A DNA stretch of 64,000 bases. It comes from an uncultured Thermodesulfobacteriota bacterium. Its GTDB lineage: Bacteria; Desulfobacterota; GWC2-55-46; JADFVP01. Location of the stretch: assembly GCA_964474975.1 (NCBI GenBank), contig CAYYUX010000001.1:465-64464 (forward strand), in the 5' to 3' direction. The notes under the pieces are model-generated. The model was given only the letters and a program-made list of their open reading frames with translations, was not told the DNA's origin and searched no databases. The position numbers and the translations under genes were made by a program. Position 1 is the first letter of the stretch, and every line of letters begins with the position of its first letter. Shown one piece after another: positions 43,407 through 52,112 of the stretch.

Positions 43407-45494
43407 ATGGCCATATCCATTGAAAATATAGCGCGGTTCAGAAGGGGGGGAGATTACCTCCTGCCCCTTGGAGTCCTCGGCATCCTCGCCATGATGATAC
43501 TGCCCATGCCGCCTCTGCTCCTCGACATCATGCTCTCTTTTAATATTACGGCGGCCATCGTAATCCTCCTTGTGGGCATATATGTTACGAGGCCCCTGGA
43601 TTTTTCCACCTTTCCCGTAATCCTCCTTATGACGACGCTCGCGAGGCTCTCAATGAACATCGCCTCGACGAGGCTTATACTCCTCCATGGCAGTGAAGGC
43701 CCGGGGGCCGCGGGGAATGTCATCAGGAGTTTCGGCCAATTTGTCGTAGGCGGCAACTATGCCGTCGGTTTTATTATCTTTGTAATCCTCGTGATTATCA
43801 ACTTCGTTGTTATCACAAAGGGCGCGGGACGCATAGCCGAGGTATCGGCGAGGTTTACCCTTGACGCCATGCCCGGAAAGCAGATGAGCATCGACGCCGA
43901 CCTTAACGCCGGGATAATTGACAACGAGGAGGCGAGGCGCAGGAGGACGGATATCGCCCTTGAGGCGGATTTTTACGGCAGTATGGACGGCGCGAGTAAA
44001 TTCGTACGCGGAGACGCCGTTGCCGGAATCATGATTACCGTCATAAATATCTTCGGCGGCCTTGTAATAGGCGTTTTTCAAAACGGAATGCCCGTTGCCG
44101 AGGCCGCGAAAAATTACACTATACTGACTGTGGGCGACGGGCTTGTGGCGCAGGTGCCGGCCCTGATTATCTCGACGGCCGCAGGCATTATCGTCTCGCA
44201 CGTGGCCTCAAGCGGCGACCTCGGCAAGAGCATCGGCAGGCAGTTTACCTCGGATATGAGGCCCGCCATGATGGCCTCTATTATCCTATTTCTATTTGCC
44301 CTTATACCGGGACTGCCCCATCTGGCTTTTTTGACGCTATCGGCCCTTGCCGGGGGTCTTGCCTATGCAATTAAGCGTTTCGGCGGCGCAGTAGCCGGGG
44401 CAGGGGATGACGCCGGCGAATCTGACGTGCTTGAGGCCGAGGAGGTCGGTCCCTCGGAGTCTCTTGAGTATGTGCCGAGTCTTGACAGGCTTTCCCTTGA
44501 GGTGGGATACCGCCTCATACCCCTTGTAGATACCTCAGAGGGCGGAGAGCTTCTTGAGAGGATAAAGGCCATTCGCAGGCAGCTTGCCGAGGACCTCGGC
44601 ATTGTTGTCCCTCCCGTGCATATCAAGGACAATCTCGATGTCAGGCCATCTGAGTATGTCTTTCTCATAAAGGGAGTAGAGGTTGCAAGGGCTGAGCTAA
44701 TGCCCGGCAACTCTCTTGCCATAGACCCCGGTAATGCGAGGCCCGGCCTCCAGGGTGCTCCGGCAAAGGATCCGACCTTCGGGCTTCCCGCCGTATGGGT
44801 CCCCGATGAGACCGCTGAAAAGGCCCAGGTCATGGGCTATACAGTTGTGCCTCACGCGGCCATTATTGCCACTCATATAACGGAACTTCTGAAGACGCAT
44901 ACCTCTGAGATTCTTGGCAGACAGGACGTGCAGGCCCTGCTTGACAGGTTCAGCGAGACCTCGCCCAAGGTAGTCGAAGAGCTTGTCCCCGGGCTTCTAA
45001 CCCTTGGCGGGGTGCAGAAGGTCCTGCAGAACCTTCTCGGAGAGCAGATATCCATCAGGGACCTGCAGACCATACTGGAGACCCTTGCCGATTACGCCGC
45101 ATCTGTAAAGGATACGGATCTGCTTACAGAGTATGTGCGTATGAGGCTCGCGAGACAGATCACAAGGGATTGTCAGGCCGATGACGGCACACTTCGAGCC
45201 GTAGTAATAGGGCAGCAGGTAGAGGATGTGATCCTAAAGTCCCTGCGGGAGACGAATCAGGGCCTGTATCTGGCCATTGAACCGGGTTTGGCGCGCAGTG
45301 TAATGGAGAAAATTCAGGTGGCAATACAGTCTGTTACAGCCATGGGGTATAGGCCGGTCATACTTACCTCAAGGGACGTAAGGAGGTTTTTGAGAAAGCT
45401 GACAGAGAGGACCCTGCCCTCTATTCCCGTGCTTTCTCATAACGAGGTATCAACAGAGGCAAAGGTTCAGACATTGAAGGTAGTGAGGCTTTAG
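43407..45494 (+). CDS. flhA: Flagellar export gate protein FlhA
   Basis: About 695 aa; N-terminal 8-TM domain with the FHIPEP motif region (…VVGGNYAVGFIIFVILVIINFVVITKGAGRIAEVSARFTLDAMPGKQMSIDADLNAG…) and a large cytoplasmic C-terminal domain. Confidence 0.9.
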   Translation: MAISIENIARFRRGGDYLLPLGVLGILAMMILPMPPLLLDIMLSFNITAAIVILLVGIYVTRPLDFSTFPVILLMTTLARLSMNIASTRLILLHGSEGPGAAGNVIRSFGQFVVGGNYAVGFIIFVILVIINFVVITKGAGRIAEVSARFTLDAMPGKQMSIDADLNAGIIDNEEARRRRTDIALEADFYGSMDGASKFVRGDAVAGIMITVINIFGGLVIGVFQNGMPVAEAAKNYTILTVGDGLVAQVPALIISTAAGIIVSHVASSGDLGKSIGRQFTSDMRPAMMASIILFLFALIPGLPHLAFLTLSALAGGLAYAIKRFGGAVAGAGDDAGESDVLEAEEVGPSESLEYVPSLDRLSLEVGYRLIPLVDTSEGGELLERIKAIRRQLAEDLGIVVPPVHIKDNLDVRPSEYVFLIKGVEVARAELMPGNSLAIDPGNARPGLQGAPAKDPTFGLPAVWVPDETAEKAQVMGYTVVPHAAIIATHITELLKTHTSEILGRQDVQALLDRFSETSPKVVEELVPGLLTLGGVQKVLQNLLGEQISIRDLQTILETLADYAASVKDTDLLTEYVRMRLARQITRDCQADDGTLRAVVIGQQVEDVILKSLRETNQGLYLAIEPGLARSVMEKIQVAIQSVTAMGYRPVILTSRDVRRFLRKLTERTLPSIPVLSHNEVSTEAKVQTLKVVRL

Positions 45495-45495
45495 C

Positions 45496-46530
45496 ATGCA
45501 TATTAAAAAGTTCAGGGCCCGCTCATCACATGAGGCCCTGACAAAGGTAAAAAAAGAGTTTGGATCCGATGCCCTCATTGTAGAGACGAGAAGGCTTGAC
45601 GATGGCCTCTGCGAGGTTACGGCCGCACTTGACCGCGAGATAACTGCGGCCCCGCTTCTTTCTGCAGGCTCCGAGGCGCCGCGTATTATCGATGAGATGA
45701 GGGAGATAAAAGAACTGCTCTTCTCCATTACGGGCAAGAGGGAAGATGAAGGAGAGGCCTTTCGGGCTCTTAAGAGGCAGATGACGGCCAACGGCCTTGA
45801 TGCCGCCCTTACGCTAAAGCTCCTCGCAAGGGCCTCTGCAAAGGCGCAGAGAAAAGGCGGGGAAGGTGAGATTGACATTGTCTCCTTAAGGAATATGGTC
45901 AGGGCGGAGCTGAGGGAGAGTATAGCAGTGAGGGACCCTATGCAGGATGCGAGGCTAATCTCCTTTATCGGGCCTACGGGCGCAGGCAAGACTACTACTA
46001 TCGCAAAACTTGCGGCAATAACCGTACTTAAAAAAACAAAGCATGTGGCCCTTCTTACCATGGATACGCGGCGCGTCGGCGCGGCGGAACAGCTCATTAG
46101 ATACGGCAGGATAATAGGGGTCCCCGCTGGCTCTGCCTCTACAAAAGCAGAGGTCTCCGCCTTTGTAGCAAAATATAACCGCTGTAGATTCATCTTCATT
46201 GATACGCCGGGGAGCGATATGAAAAACAGGGATTATATGCGCTCTCTCCTGCGGCTTGGGTCTGTAAACCCGAAGCTGAAGTTTAATCTGGTCTTAAGCG
46301 TACGCGAGCGCGACGAGTCTCTGTATGAGTGCCTGAGAGGTTTTTCCGCTCTTGCCATAGATGCCATTACCTTCACGAAACTTGACGAGTCAAGCTCCTT
46401 CGGGCAGATGCTCAACCTATCCAATCGAGCCGGCAGGCCCATCAGTTATCTCGGCACAGGACAGAGGGTGCCCCGCGACCTTATGCCGGCTACTGTCAAA
46501 AGGGTTTTAAACTATCTTATGCCTTCATGA
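45496..46530 (+). CDS. flhF: Flagellar biosynthesis GTPase FlhF (SRP-family)
   Basis: N-terminal B-domain, SRP-GTPase G-domain with GPTGAGKTTTIAKLAA (G1) and DTPG (G3, in '…IFIDTPGSD…'). Directly downstream of flhA with a 1-nt gap. Confidence 0.85.
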   Translation: MHIKKFRARSSHEALTKVKKEFGSDALIVETRRLDDGLCEVTAALDREITAAPLLSAGSEAPRIIDEMREIKELLFSITGKREDEGEAFRALKRQMTANGLDAALTLKLLARASAKAQRKGGEGEIDIVSLRNMVRAELRESIAVRDPMQDARLISFIGPTGAGKTTTIAKLAAITVLKKTKHVALLTMDTRRVGAAEQLIRYGRIIGVPAGSASTKAEVSAFVAKYNRCRFIFIDTPGSDMKNRDYMRSLLRLGSVNPKLKFNLVLSVRERDESLYECLRGFSALAIDAITFTKLDESSSFGQMLNLSNRAGRPISYLGTGQRVPRDLMPATVKRVLNYLMPS

Positions 46531-46714
46531 TGATGAACATTAATATGAACTAAATAAGACAACTTGGTAATATTAAAAAGCTTTTTACGTACTATGGAAT
46601 ATCGAGGCAGGGGATGAATGGATGATGAGGCTAAGGATGGTGCGAAGAGAACGCATTGAAAATAACCGCATAGCGCGCCCTGAAGGGCTGGCTATGCGGA
46701 CAAAGGGGTTGGAA

Positions 46715-47602
46715 ATGAATGAGAAAATAGAGGAGAAGGAGGCCCTTTTCACAGAGGTGCGCGAAGACAAGTCCGGCTCCGGGGATTCAGTTGTGAGGGT
46801 TATATCCGTAACGAGCGGCAAGGGAGGGGTAGGAAAGACCAACTGTGTTGTTAACCTTGCTATATCACTTGCAAGGCAGGGTAAGAGGGTCTTGATACTC
46901 GATGCCGACCTCGGGCTCTGCAACCTTGATGTAATGCTTGGGCTCTCGCCTAAATACAATATCAACCATGTGCTTAGCGGGGAGAAGAAGTTACGGGACA
47001 TTATTGTCACAGGCCCGGCGGGCATAATGGTAATACCGGCGGCATCGGGGATTCAGGAGCTTACGAACCTGACGGTGGAGCAGAGGCTTGCCCTTACATC
47101 AAGCATTGAGAGCCTCGACAAGGATGTAGACATAATGATTATAGACACGGGCGCAGGGATATCGAGTAACGTCATGTTTTTTAATGCGGCGGCTCACGAG
47201 ATAATTGTAGTTGTAACGCCAGAGCCTACTTCTCTTACAGATGCCTACGCTCTGATGAAGGTGCTTATGAAAAATCATGGTGAGAGGAGCTTCAAGCTTC
47301 TTGTCAATACGGCTCGCGGTGATAAGGAAGGAAAAAACATATACAGCATTATCAGCCTTGTGGCAGGGAGATTCCTGAACATATCCCTTGAGTATCTCGG
47401 TTATGTGGCCCGTGATGAGAAGGTTCAGCGGGCCGTGCTTAACCAGCGGGCCGTGGCGGATATGTTTCCAGAGACTTCGGCGAGCCTCTGTTTTAAGGCC
47501 CTGGCCGGGAGAATTGCTGACATGCCTGTAGAGGCCCTGCCAAGCGGGGGAATACAGTTATTTTGGAAGAACATGATTAATATGCAGGATAAGACATTAT
47601 GA
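46715..47602 (+). CDS. flhG: MinD/ParA-type ATPase FlhG (FleN/YlxH)
   Basis: Deviant Walker A (VISVTSGKGGVGKTN), MinD-like body, and C-terminal amphipathic region. Between flhF and fliA as in polar/peritrichous number-control loci. RBS AAAGGGG before the ATG at 46715; tool start 46622 gives an N-terminal extension judged unlikely. Confidence 0.85.
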   Translation: MNEKIEEKEALFTEVREDKSGSGDSVVRVISVTSGKGGVGKTNCVVNLAISLARQGKRVLILDADLGLCNLDVMLGLSPKYNINHVLSGEKKLRDIIVTGPAGIMVIPAASGIQELTNLTVEQRLALTSSIESLDKDVDIMIIDTGAGISSNVMFFNAAAHEIIVVVTPEPTSLTDAYALMKVLMKNHGERSFKLLVNTARGDKEGKNIYSIISLVAGRFLNISLEYLGYVARDEKVQRAVLNQRAVADMFPETSASLCFKALAGRIADMPVEALPSGGIQLFWKNMINMQDKTL

Positions 47603-48423
47603 AAGGACAATTTAATAAAAAAAGGGTGCCTGTAGCAGGGTCTCCGAGGTCAGGGACAATGAAAAGAGCGGTCAGAAAAAAGAAGACAGTTGTGAGACAG
47701 AGCGCGGACCGTGATGCTCTCATGCTTGAGAATGTCAGGCTTGTGAAGATAATCGCCCATCATATAGCGGTTCATCTGCCGTCTCATATAGACGTTAATG
47801 ACCTTATGAGTGCCGGTTCCATAGGGCTCCTTGAGGCCATTGACAAGTTTGACGCCTCAAGGGGTATAAAGTTTAAGACTTATGCGTCGATAAGGATACG
47901 AGGGGCCATTATGGATGAACTTAGGGGCATGGATTGGATGACAAGGTCTATGCGTGAAAGGTCCAATATGCTCAAGAGGGCCTATGGGGAGATAGAGAGA
48001 CGAAAGGGCGGTACTGCCAATGAGGCCGATGTGGCCGCCTTCCTCGGTATTACCGTAGAGGCGTTGAGGGCGCTTCTTAGCAAGGTAAGCGCCTGTAGCC
48101 TTGTGAGTATCGAGGACCTCGTATACGACAAGGAACACAAGCTCGACCTCCTTGAATGTATAGAAGACCCGAAGGGGGCCGACCCCATGGCCTTTGCCAG
48201 ATTCGGCGAGCTGCAATCGACCCTTGCCAATATGATAGACGGCCTTCCCGATAAAGAGAAACTCATAGTATCGCTTTATTATTTTGATGAGCTTACGATG
48301 AAGGAGATAGGTCGCGTCATGGAGATTACGGAGTCAAGGGTCTGCCAGCTACACAGTCAGGCCATGCACAGGCTGAAGGCCCGTATGATGAGGCAGGTAC
48401 ACGAAGAAATGCGGTTGATATGA
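47599..48423 (+). CDS. fliA: Flagellar sigma factor FliA (sigma-28)
   Basis: Sigma-70 region 2 (…LVKIIAHHIA…VNDLMSAGSIGLLEAIDKFD…YASIRIRGAIMDELR…), region 3 and region 4 HTH (…LTMKEIGRVMEITESRVCQLHSQAMHRLK…). Start overlaps flhG stop (ATGA). Confidence 0.85.
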   Translation: MKGQFNKKRVPVAGSPRSGTMKRAVRKKKTVVRQSADRDALMLENVRLVKIIAHHIAVHLPSHIDVNDLMSAGSIGLLEAIDKFDASRGIKFKTYASIRIRGAIMDELRGMDWMTRSMRERSNMLKRAYGEIERRKGGTANEADVAAFLGITVEALRALLSKVSACSLVSIEDLVYDKEHKLDLLECIEDPKGADPMAFARFGELQSTLANMIDGLPDKEKLIVSLYYFDELTMKEIGRVMEITESRVCQLHSQAMHRLKARMMRQVHEEMRLI

Positions 48424-48468
48424 GCGCTATCCGCCCGCGGCGTATAGTTATTGCGAGGGAGGTAAGGT

Positions 48469-50391
48469 ATGGCAAATACAGCTCGTTTGATTGAGACATT
48501 AGGCGGCTCCGATCCCTCGGAGCGGCGGATGGCCTGTGAGGAGATAGCGGGACTTAGCCAATCCGATGAGTTTGTTTCGGCCCTCCTTACCGCGCTTGGA
48601 GACAGTGACCACGGAGTTTCCGAGGCGGCCATGAACGCACTTATGGAGATAGGCGGCAGGGCTGTAGCAGAAGCGGTAGCGCCGCTCCTGCGTGACAAAG
48701 AGGCACGGCTCAGGAATCGCGCCATAGAGATATTGATATGCACAGGGAGCGAGGCCGCGCCCCTTATGACAGAGATGCTGAACGACCCTGATGATGACGT
48801 TGTGAAGTTTGCCGTTGATATACTCGGCGGGATTAAAGACGCCTCTCCGGCGCCCGCCGTGGCAAGTCTGCTGGCGCATCCAAATGCCAATGTGAGAGGC
48901 GCGGTAGTCTTGTATATGGGGCGGGTGAGGCCTTATGGAGCCGCCGCATATATTACAGAGGCCCTTGGCGACACTGAAGAGTGGGTGCGATTCTCCGCTG
49001 TTGAGGCCCTTGGCCTACTTGGAGATATTCGATACCTTGAACCCCTTTTGAAGATAGTGCGCGCGGAAAGCGGTGTTGTGAGAGAGGCCGCCGTTGACGC
49101 CCTTGCCGGGATGGCTACTACCGCCAACTCCTATGAGATACTTATGACCCTCAATGAATTTTTAGGTAAGGAGAGAGTCCTTCCAGCGGCCCCGATAGTC
49201 AAGATACTGGAGAAGGCGGCTGTAGCGCCATGGAACCTTAATGACTTTGAAACCCTGAGGAAAGCGCTTTGCAATATCTTTGAGAGGGCCTCGGAAGAGG
49301 CGGATATTGAGACGCGGAAGATAGCTTTAAGGGGTTTTGTGCTTATCAGGGATGGGCGTGGCATTGGCCGTGCTATTGAGTTAATGGATTCAATGGAGGA
49401 GCTTGACGAGGAGACGGAGGAGTATGTGATAAAGACGCTTACAGAACTCTGCGGCGATAGGCCTCTGCCCTCTCATGTCCTTGAATACATTGAAGAGAAT
49501 AGATGCTACTCTGTTGTCCTTATAAAGGTTGCAGGGCTTCTTCGGTCCGTGGAAGCCCTGCCTGCCCTTGAGAAATCTCTTGAATGGGCCACAAAGGAAA
49601 AGGCCCGGGCCATACTTACTGCCGTTGACAATATTGGCTCTGCCGACTCAAAGGGCCTTCTCCATAAATCCCTTTACTCACATGACGGCCATGTAAGAAA
49701 AATGGCCGCAAAGACCTTTGCCAGGATTGCAGGCGAGGAAGTCATAGACGACCTTTTTGCCATGATGCTCCGCGAAAGATACCGCGATGTTATCGAGGGT
49801 ATAACAGAGACCCTTGCCGGGCTTGGCACAGAGAAGGTCCGCCTTGGTTTTGTAAACCTTATCTCAAGCAACAGGGGAGATATGAGAGAGATGGCCTGCA
49901 TGGGTCTCGGCATAATAGGCTCTCCGCTATCGGCAAAACGGCTTGTGGAGGCCACGGACGATCAAGAGTTTTCTGTAAGAAAGATGGCCTATGTCTCTCT
50001 TGCCATGATCGACGCGCCAGAGGCGGCGGAGACCGTTGTAAAGGGACTCGGCCTCGGTGATGAGGATATAAGCATAGCCATACTTGATTCTATCAGCTCC
50101 ATAGCCGCAGACGGGGTTAGAGATGCCGTGAGAGAGCGCCTTGGAGACAGCAGTCTATGGGTCCGGCATCACGCGGCGGCGCTTCTTGGAGAGATAATGG
50201 ACATGGAATCCGAGGGCGCACTCATAAATATATTAGAGAACGACGCCCCTCCGGTAAAGGCGGCGGCGGCAAAGGCCCTTGCCGGATTTGCCTCAAAAAA
50301 CGCCCTCCCGGTGCTGAAGGGCATATATGAGGGGGCGGACCCCTCGCTACGAGCTGTCATCACCAGGGCCATAGAGGAGATCCAATGTTAA
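48469..50391 (+). CDS. HEAT/PBS-lyase-type repeat protein (640 aa) leading the che operon
   Basis: About 12 or more tandem about 30-aa repeats of the pattern D…VR..A..ALG.IG (e.g. DSDHGVSEAAMNALMEIGG, ARLRNRAIEILICTG, DDVVKFAVDILGGI, NANVRGAVVLYMGRV, EEWVRFSAVEALGLLG, GVVREAAVDALAGM). No enzymatic motif. Stop overlaps the cheR start by 7 nt. Confidence 0.7.
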   Translation: MANTARLIETLGGSDPSERRMACEEIAGLSQSDEFVSALLTALGDSDHGVSEAAMNALMEIGGRAVAEAVAPLLRDKEARLRNRAIEILICTGSEAAPLMTEMLNDPDDDVVKFAVDILGGIKDASPAPAVASLLAHPNANVRGAVVLYMGRVRPYGAAAYITEALGDTEEWVRFSAVEALGLLGDIRYLEPLLKIVRAESGVVREAAVDALAGMATTANSYEILMTLNEFLGKERVLPAAPIVKILEKAAVAPWNLNDFETLRKALCNIFERASEEADIETRKIALRGFVLIRDGRGIGRAIELMDSMEELDEETEEYVIKTLTELCGDRPLPSHVLEYIEENRCYSVVLIKVAGLLRSVEALPALEKSLEWATKEKARAILTAVDNIGSADSKGLLHKSLYSHDGHVRKMAAKTFARIAGEEVIDDLFAMMLRERYRDVIEGITETLAGLGTEKVRLGFVNLISSNRGDMREMACMGLGIIGSPLSAKRLVEATDDQEFSVRKMAYVSLAMIDAPEAAETVVKGLGLGDEDISIAILDSISSIAADGVRDAVRERLGDSSLWVRHHAAALLGEIMDMESEGALINILENDAPPVKAAAAKALAGFASKNALPVLKGIYEGADPSLRAVITRAIEEIQC

Positions 50392-51242
50392 GAGCCGCCG
50401 TTAAAAGCCGTCCGCAGGTCTCCATGGAGACCTTCTACCTGCTTCGGGACCTTATCTATAAGAGGTGCGGCATCTTTTTTGCCGAGAATAAACGCTATCT
50501 CATAGAGACAAGGCTTGGCGGAAGGCTGGAGGCCCTGAACCTCAAGAACTTCGAGGACTATTATTATTACCTTGTCTACGATGGCCGTAAAGAAGATGAG
50601 GTTAACAGGCTCATCGGCTGTATCGTCACCAATGAGACGAGTTTTTACAGGGACCGTCCTCAACTTAAGAGTTTTATAGATGACGTAATCCCCGATGTCA
50701 TAAAGCGGAAAGAGAGCGATATTTTAAAAGAGATACGTATATGGAGCTCGGCCTCAAGCACGGGAGAGGAGCCTTACACGCTTGCCATAATGCTTATGGA
50801 GAAGGGTCTCCATCTGAAGGGATGGCGTATCAGCGTGACGGGTTCCGATATCAGCGATGACGTCCTGCGCTCTGCGAGGCGCGGTGTATATGACGGGTAC
50901 ACACTGCGCAATACTCCTGAGAAAATCAGGGATAAGTATTTTTGCAAATCCGGCGACACCTTCTCTGTCGTAAAGAGTGTAAAGGATCTGGTTACCTTTA
51001 AAAAGATAAATATGATGGATCGTAGGGCCATGTCTTCCTTAAGGAACGTTGATGTGGTCTTTTGCAGAAATGTCCTTATATATTTTGATGATGCCTCTAA
51101 AAAGACAGTTTTTACGCATATATACGATAGCTTAAGACCCGGCGGATTTCTTCTGCTCGGTTTCTCGGAGTCCCTGCACAATCTTACCAGATTATTCACG
51201 CCTGTTAAGGTGGGGCGCTCTCTTGTATATAAAAGATCATGA
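50385..51242 (+). CDS. cheR: Chemotaxis protein methyltransferase CheR
   Basis: N-terminal CheR helical domain, SAM-MT domain with …ETSFYRDRPQLKSF…IRIWSSASSTGEEPYTLAIML…DISDDVLRSARRGVY…VFCRNVLIYFD…. Confidence 0.85.
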   Translation: MLRAAVKSRPQVSMETFYLLRDLIYKRCGIFFAENKRYLIETRLGGRLEALNLKNFEDYYYYLVYDGRKEDEVNRLIGCIVTNETSFYRDRPQLKSFIDDVIPDVIKRKESDILKEIRIWSSASSTGEEPYTLAIMLMEKGLHLKGWRISVTGSDISDDVLRSARRGVYDGYTLRNTPEKIRDKYFCKSGDTFSVVKSVKDLVTFKKINMMDRRAMSSLRNVDVVFCRNVLIYFDDASKKTVFTHIYDSLRPGGFLLLGFSESLHNLTRLFTPVKVGRSLVYKRS

Positions 51243-51616
51243 CGGGGGGGATTATGGAACAGATTCTTGTTGTCGATGATTGCGGAGTAACAAGAAAATT
51301 ACTCTCATTCATGATTAAAGGCGGAGGGTTCAGGACTACGCAGGCAGGCAACGGAGTGGAGGGCCTTGAAAAACTTGCGACAATGGATGTTGATCTTATA
51401 GTAACGGATCTGAACATGCCGCTTATGGATGGCCTTGAGTTTTCCATGAATGTGCGCTCTATCGATGCCTATAGACATATACCGATAATCATGCTCACCA
51501 CGGAAGCGGGCGAGGAGGACAGGAAAAAGGGAGAGGAAGCGGGTGTGAGCGTTTACCTTGTAAAACCCGTTCTGTCTGCAACGCTTTTAGAAGAGATTAA
51601 AAAACTTATTCAATAA
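51239..51616 (+). CDS. CheY-like single-domain response regulator
   Basis: Receiver residues: DD (VVDDCG), phospho-Asp (IVTDLNMP), Thr (MLTTEAG), Lys (YLVKP). ATG 51239 overlaps cheR stop; alternative ATG 51254 behind a G-rich RBS. Confidence 0.8.
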   Translation: MTGGIMEQILVVDDCGVTRKLLSFMIKGGGFRTTQAGNGVEGLEKLATMDVDLIVTDLNMPLMDGLEFSMNVRSIDAYRHIPIIMLTTEAGEEDRKKGEEAGVSVYLVKPVLSATLLEEIKKLIQ

Positions 51617-51630
51617 CTTGCCCTTCGGTC

Positions 51631-51655
51631 TCAAGGAGGCATTGATGTTTTTCTG
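51631..51655 (+). terminator. Small hairpin + T-tract between the two cheY genes (possible attenuator/partial terminator)
   Basis: GATGTTTTT-ctg-AAAACATC 8-9 bp stem followed by TTTTAAAAA. Intra-operonic position suggests at most partial termination. Confidence 0.3.
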
Positions 51656-51683
51656 AAAACATCTTTTAAAAAGGAGAATGAAG

Positions 51684-52067
51684 ATGGCTGACGGGAATAT
51701 GAAGATACTTGTAGTAGACGATTTTGGAACCATGAGGAAGATAATAAAAAATCTACTGAAGGAGCTTGGCTACACCAATGTAGATGAGGCAGAGGACGGG
51801 GCGATGGCGCTGGCAAAGCTGAAGGAAGGCGGTTTCAACTTTGTCATAACTGATTGGAATATGCCGAATATGCCAGGTATTGAACTACTGAAGGCTATAA
51901 GGGTTACTGAGGGCATAAAGGATATGCCCATACTTATGGTTACGGCAGAGGCGGAGAAGGAGAAGGTAGTGGCCGCGGTTCAGGCCAAGGTAAATAATTA
52001 TGTGGTCAAGCCCTTTACTGCCGCCGTGCTGAAAGAGAAGATAGACGCTATATTCGATAAGTTATAA
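51684..52067 (+). CDS. cheY: Chemotaxis response regulator CheY
   Basis: Near-canonical CheY: [20 protein letters not shown]…[23 protein letters not shown]…[15 protein letters not shown]…[25 protein letters not shown] 7 nt before the ATG at 51684. Confidence 0.9.
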   Translation: MADGNMKILVVDDFGTMRKIIKNLLKELGYTNVDEAEDGAMALAKLKEGGFNFVITDWNMPNMPGIELLKAIRVTEGIKDMPILMVTAEAEKEKVVAAVQAKVNNYVVKPFTAAVLKEKIDAIFDKL

Positions 52068-52112
52068 TTTTTAAGAGAGACCGTGGCCGAGGGCCGCGGA
52101 AAGGATGGTGAG

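Noticed and set aside
46622-46714. N-terminal extension of flhG from 46622 (MMRLRMVRRER…)
   Set aside because: An RBS-preceded ATG at 46715 gives an N-terminus of typical FlhG length before the GKGGVGKT P-loop. The extension overlaps the flhF/flhG intergenic region and has no support.
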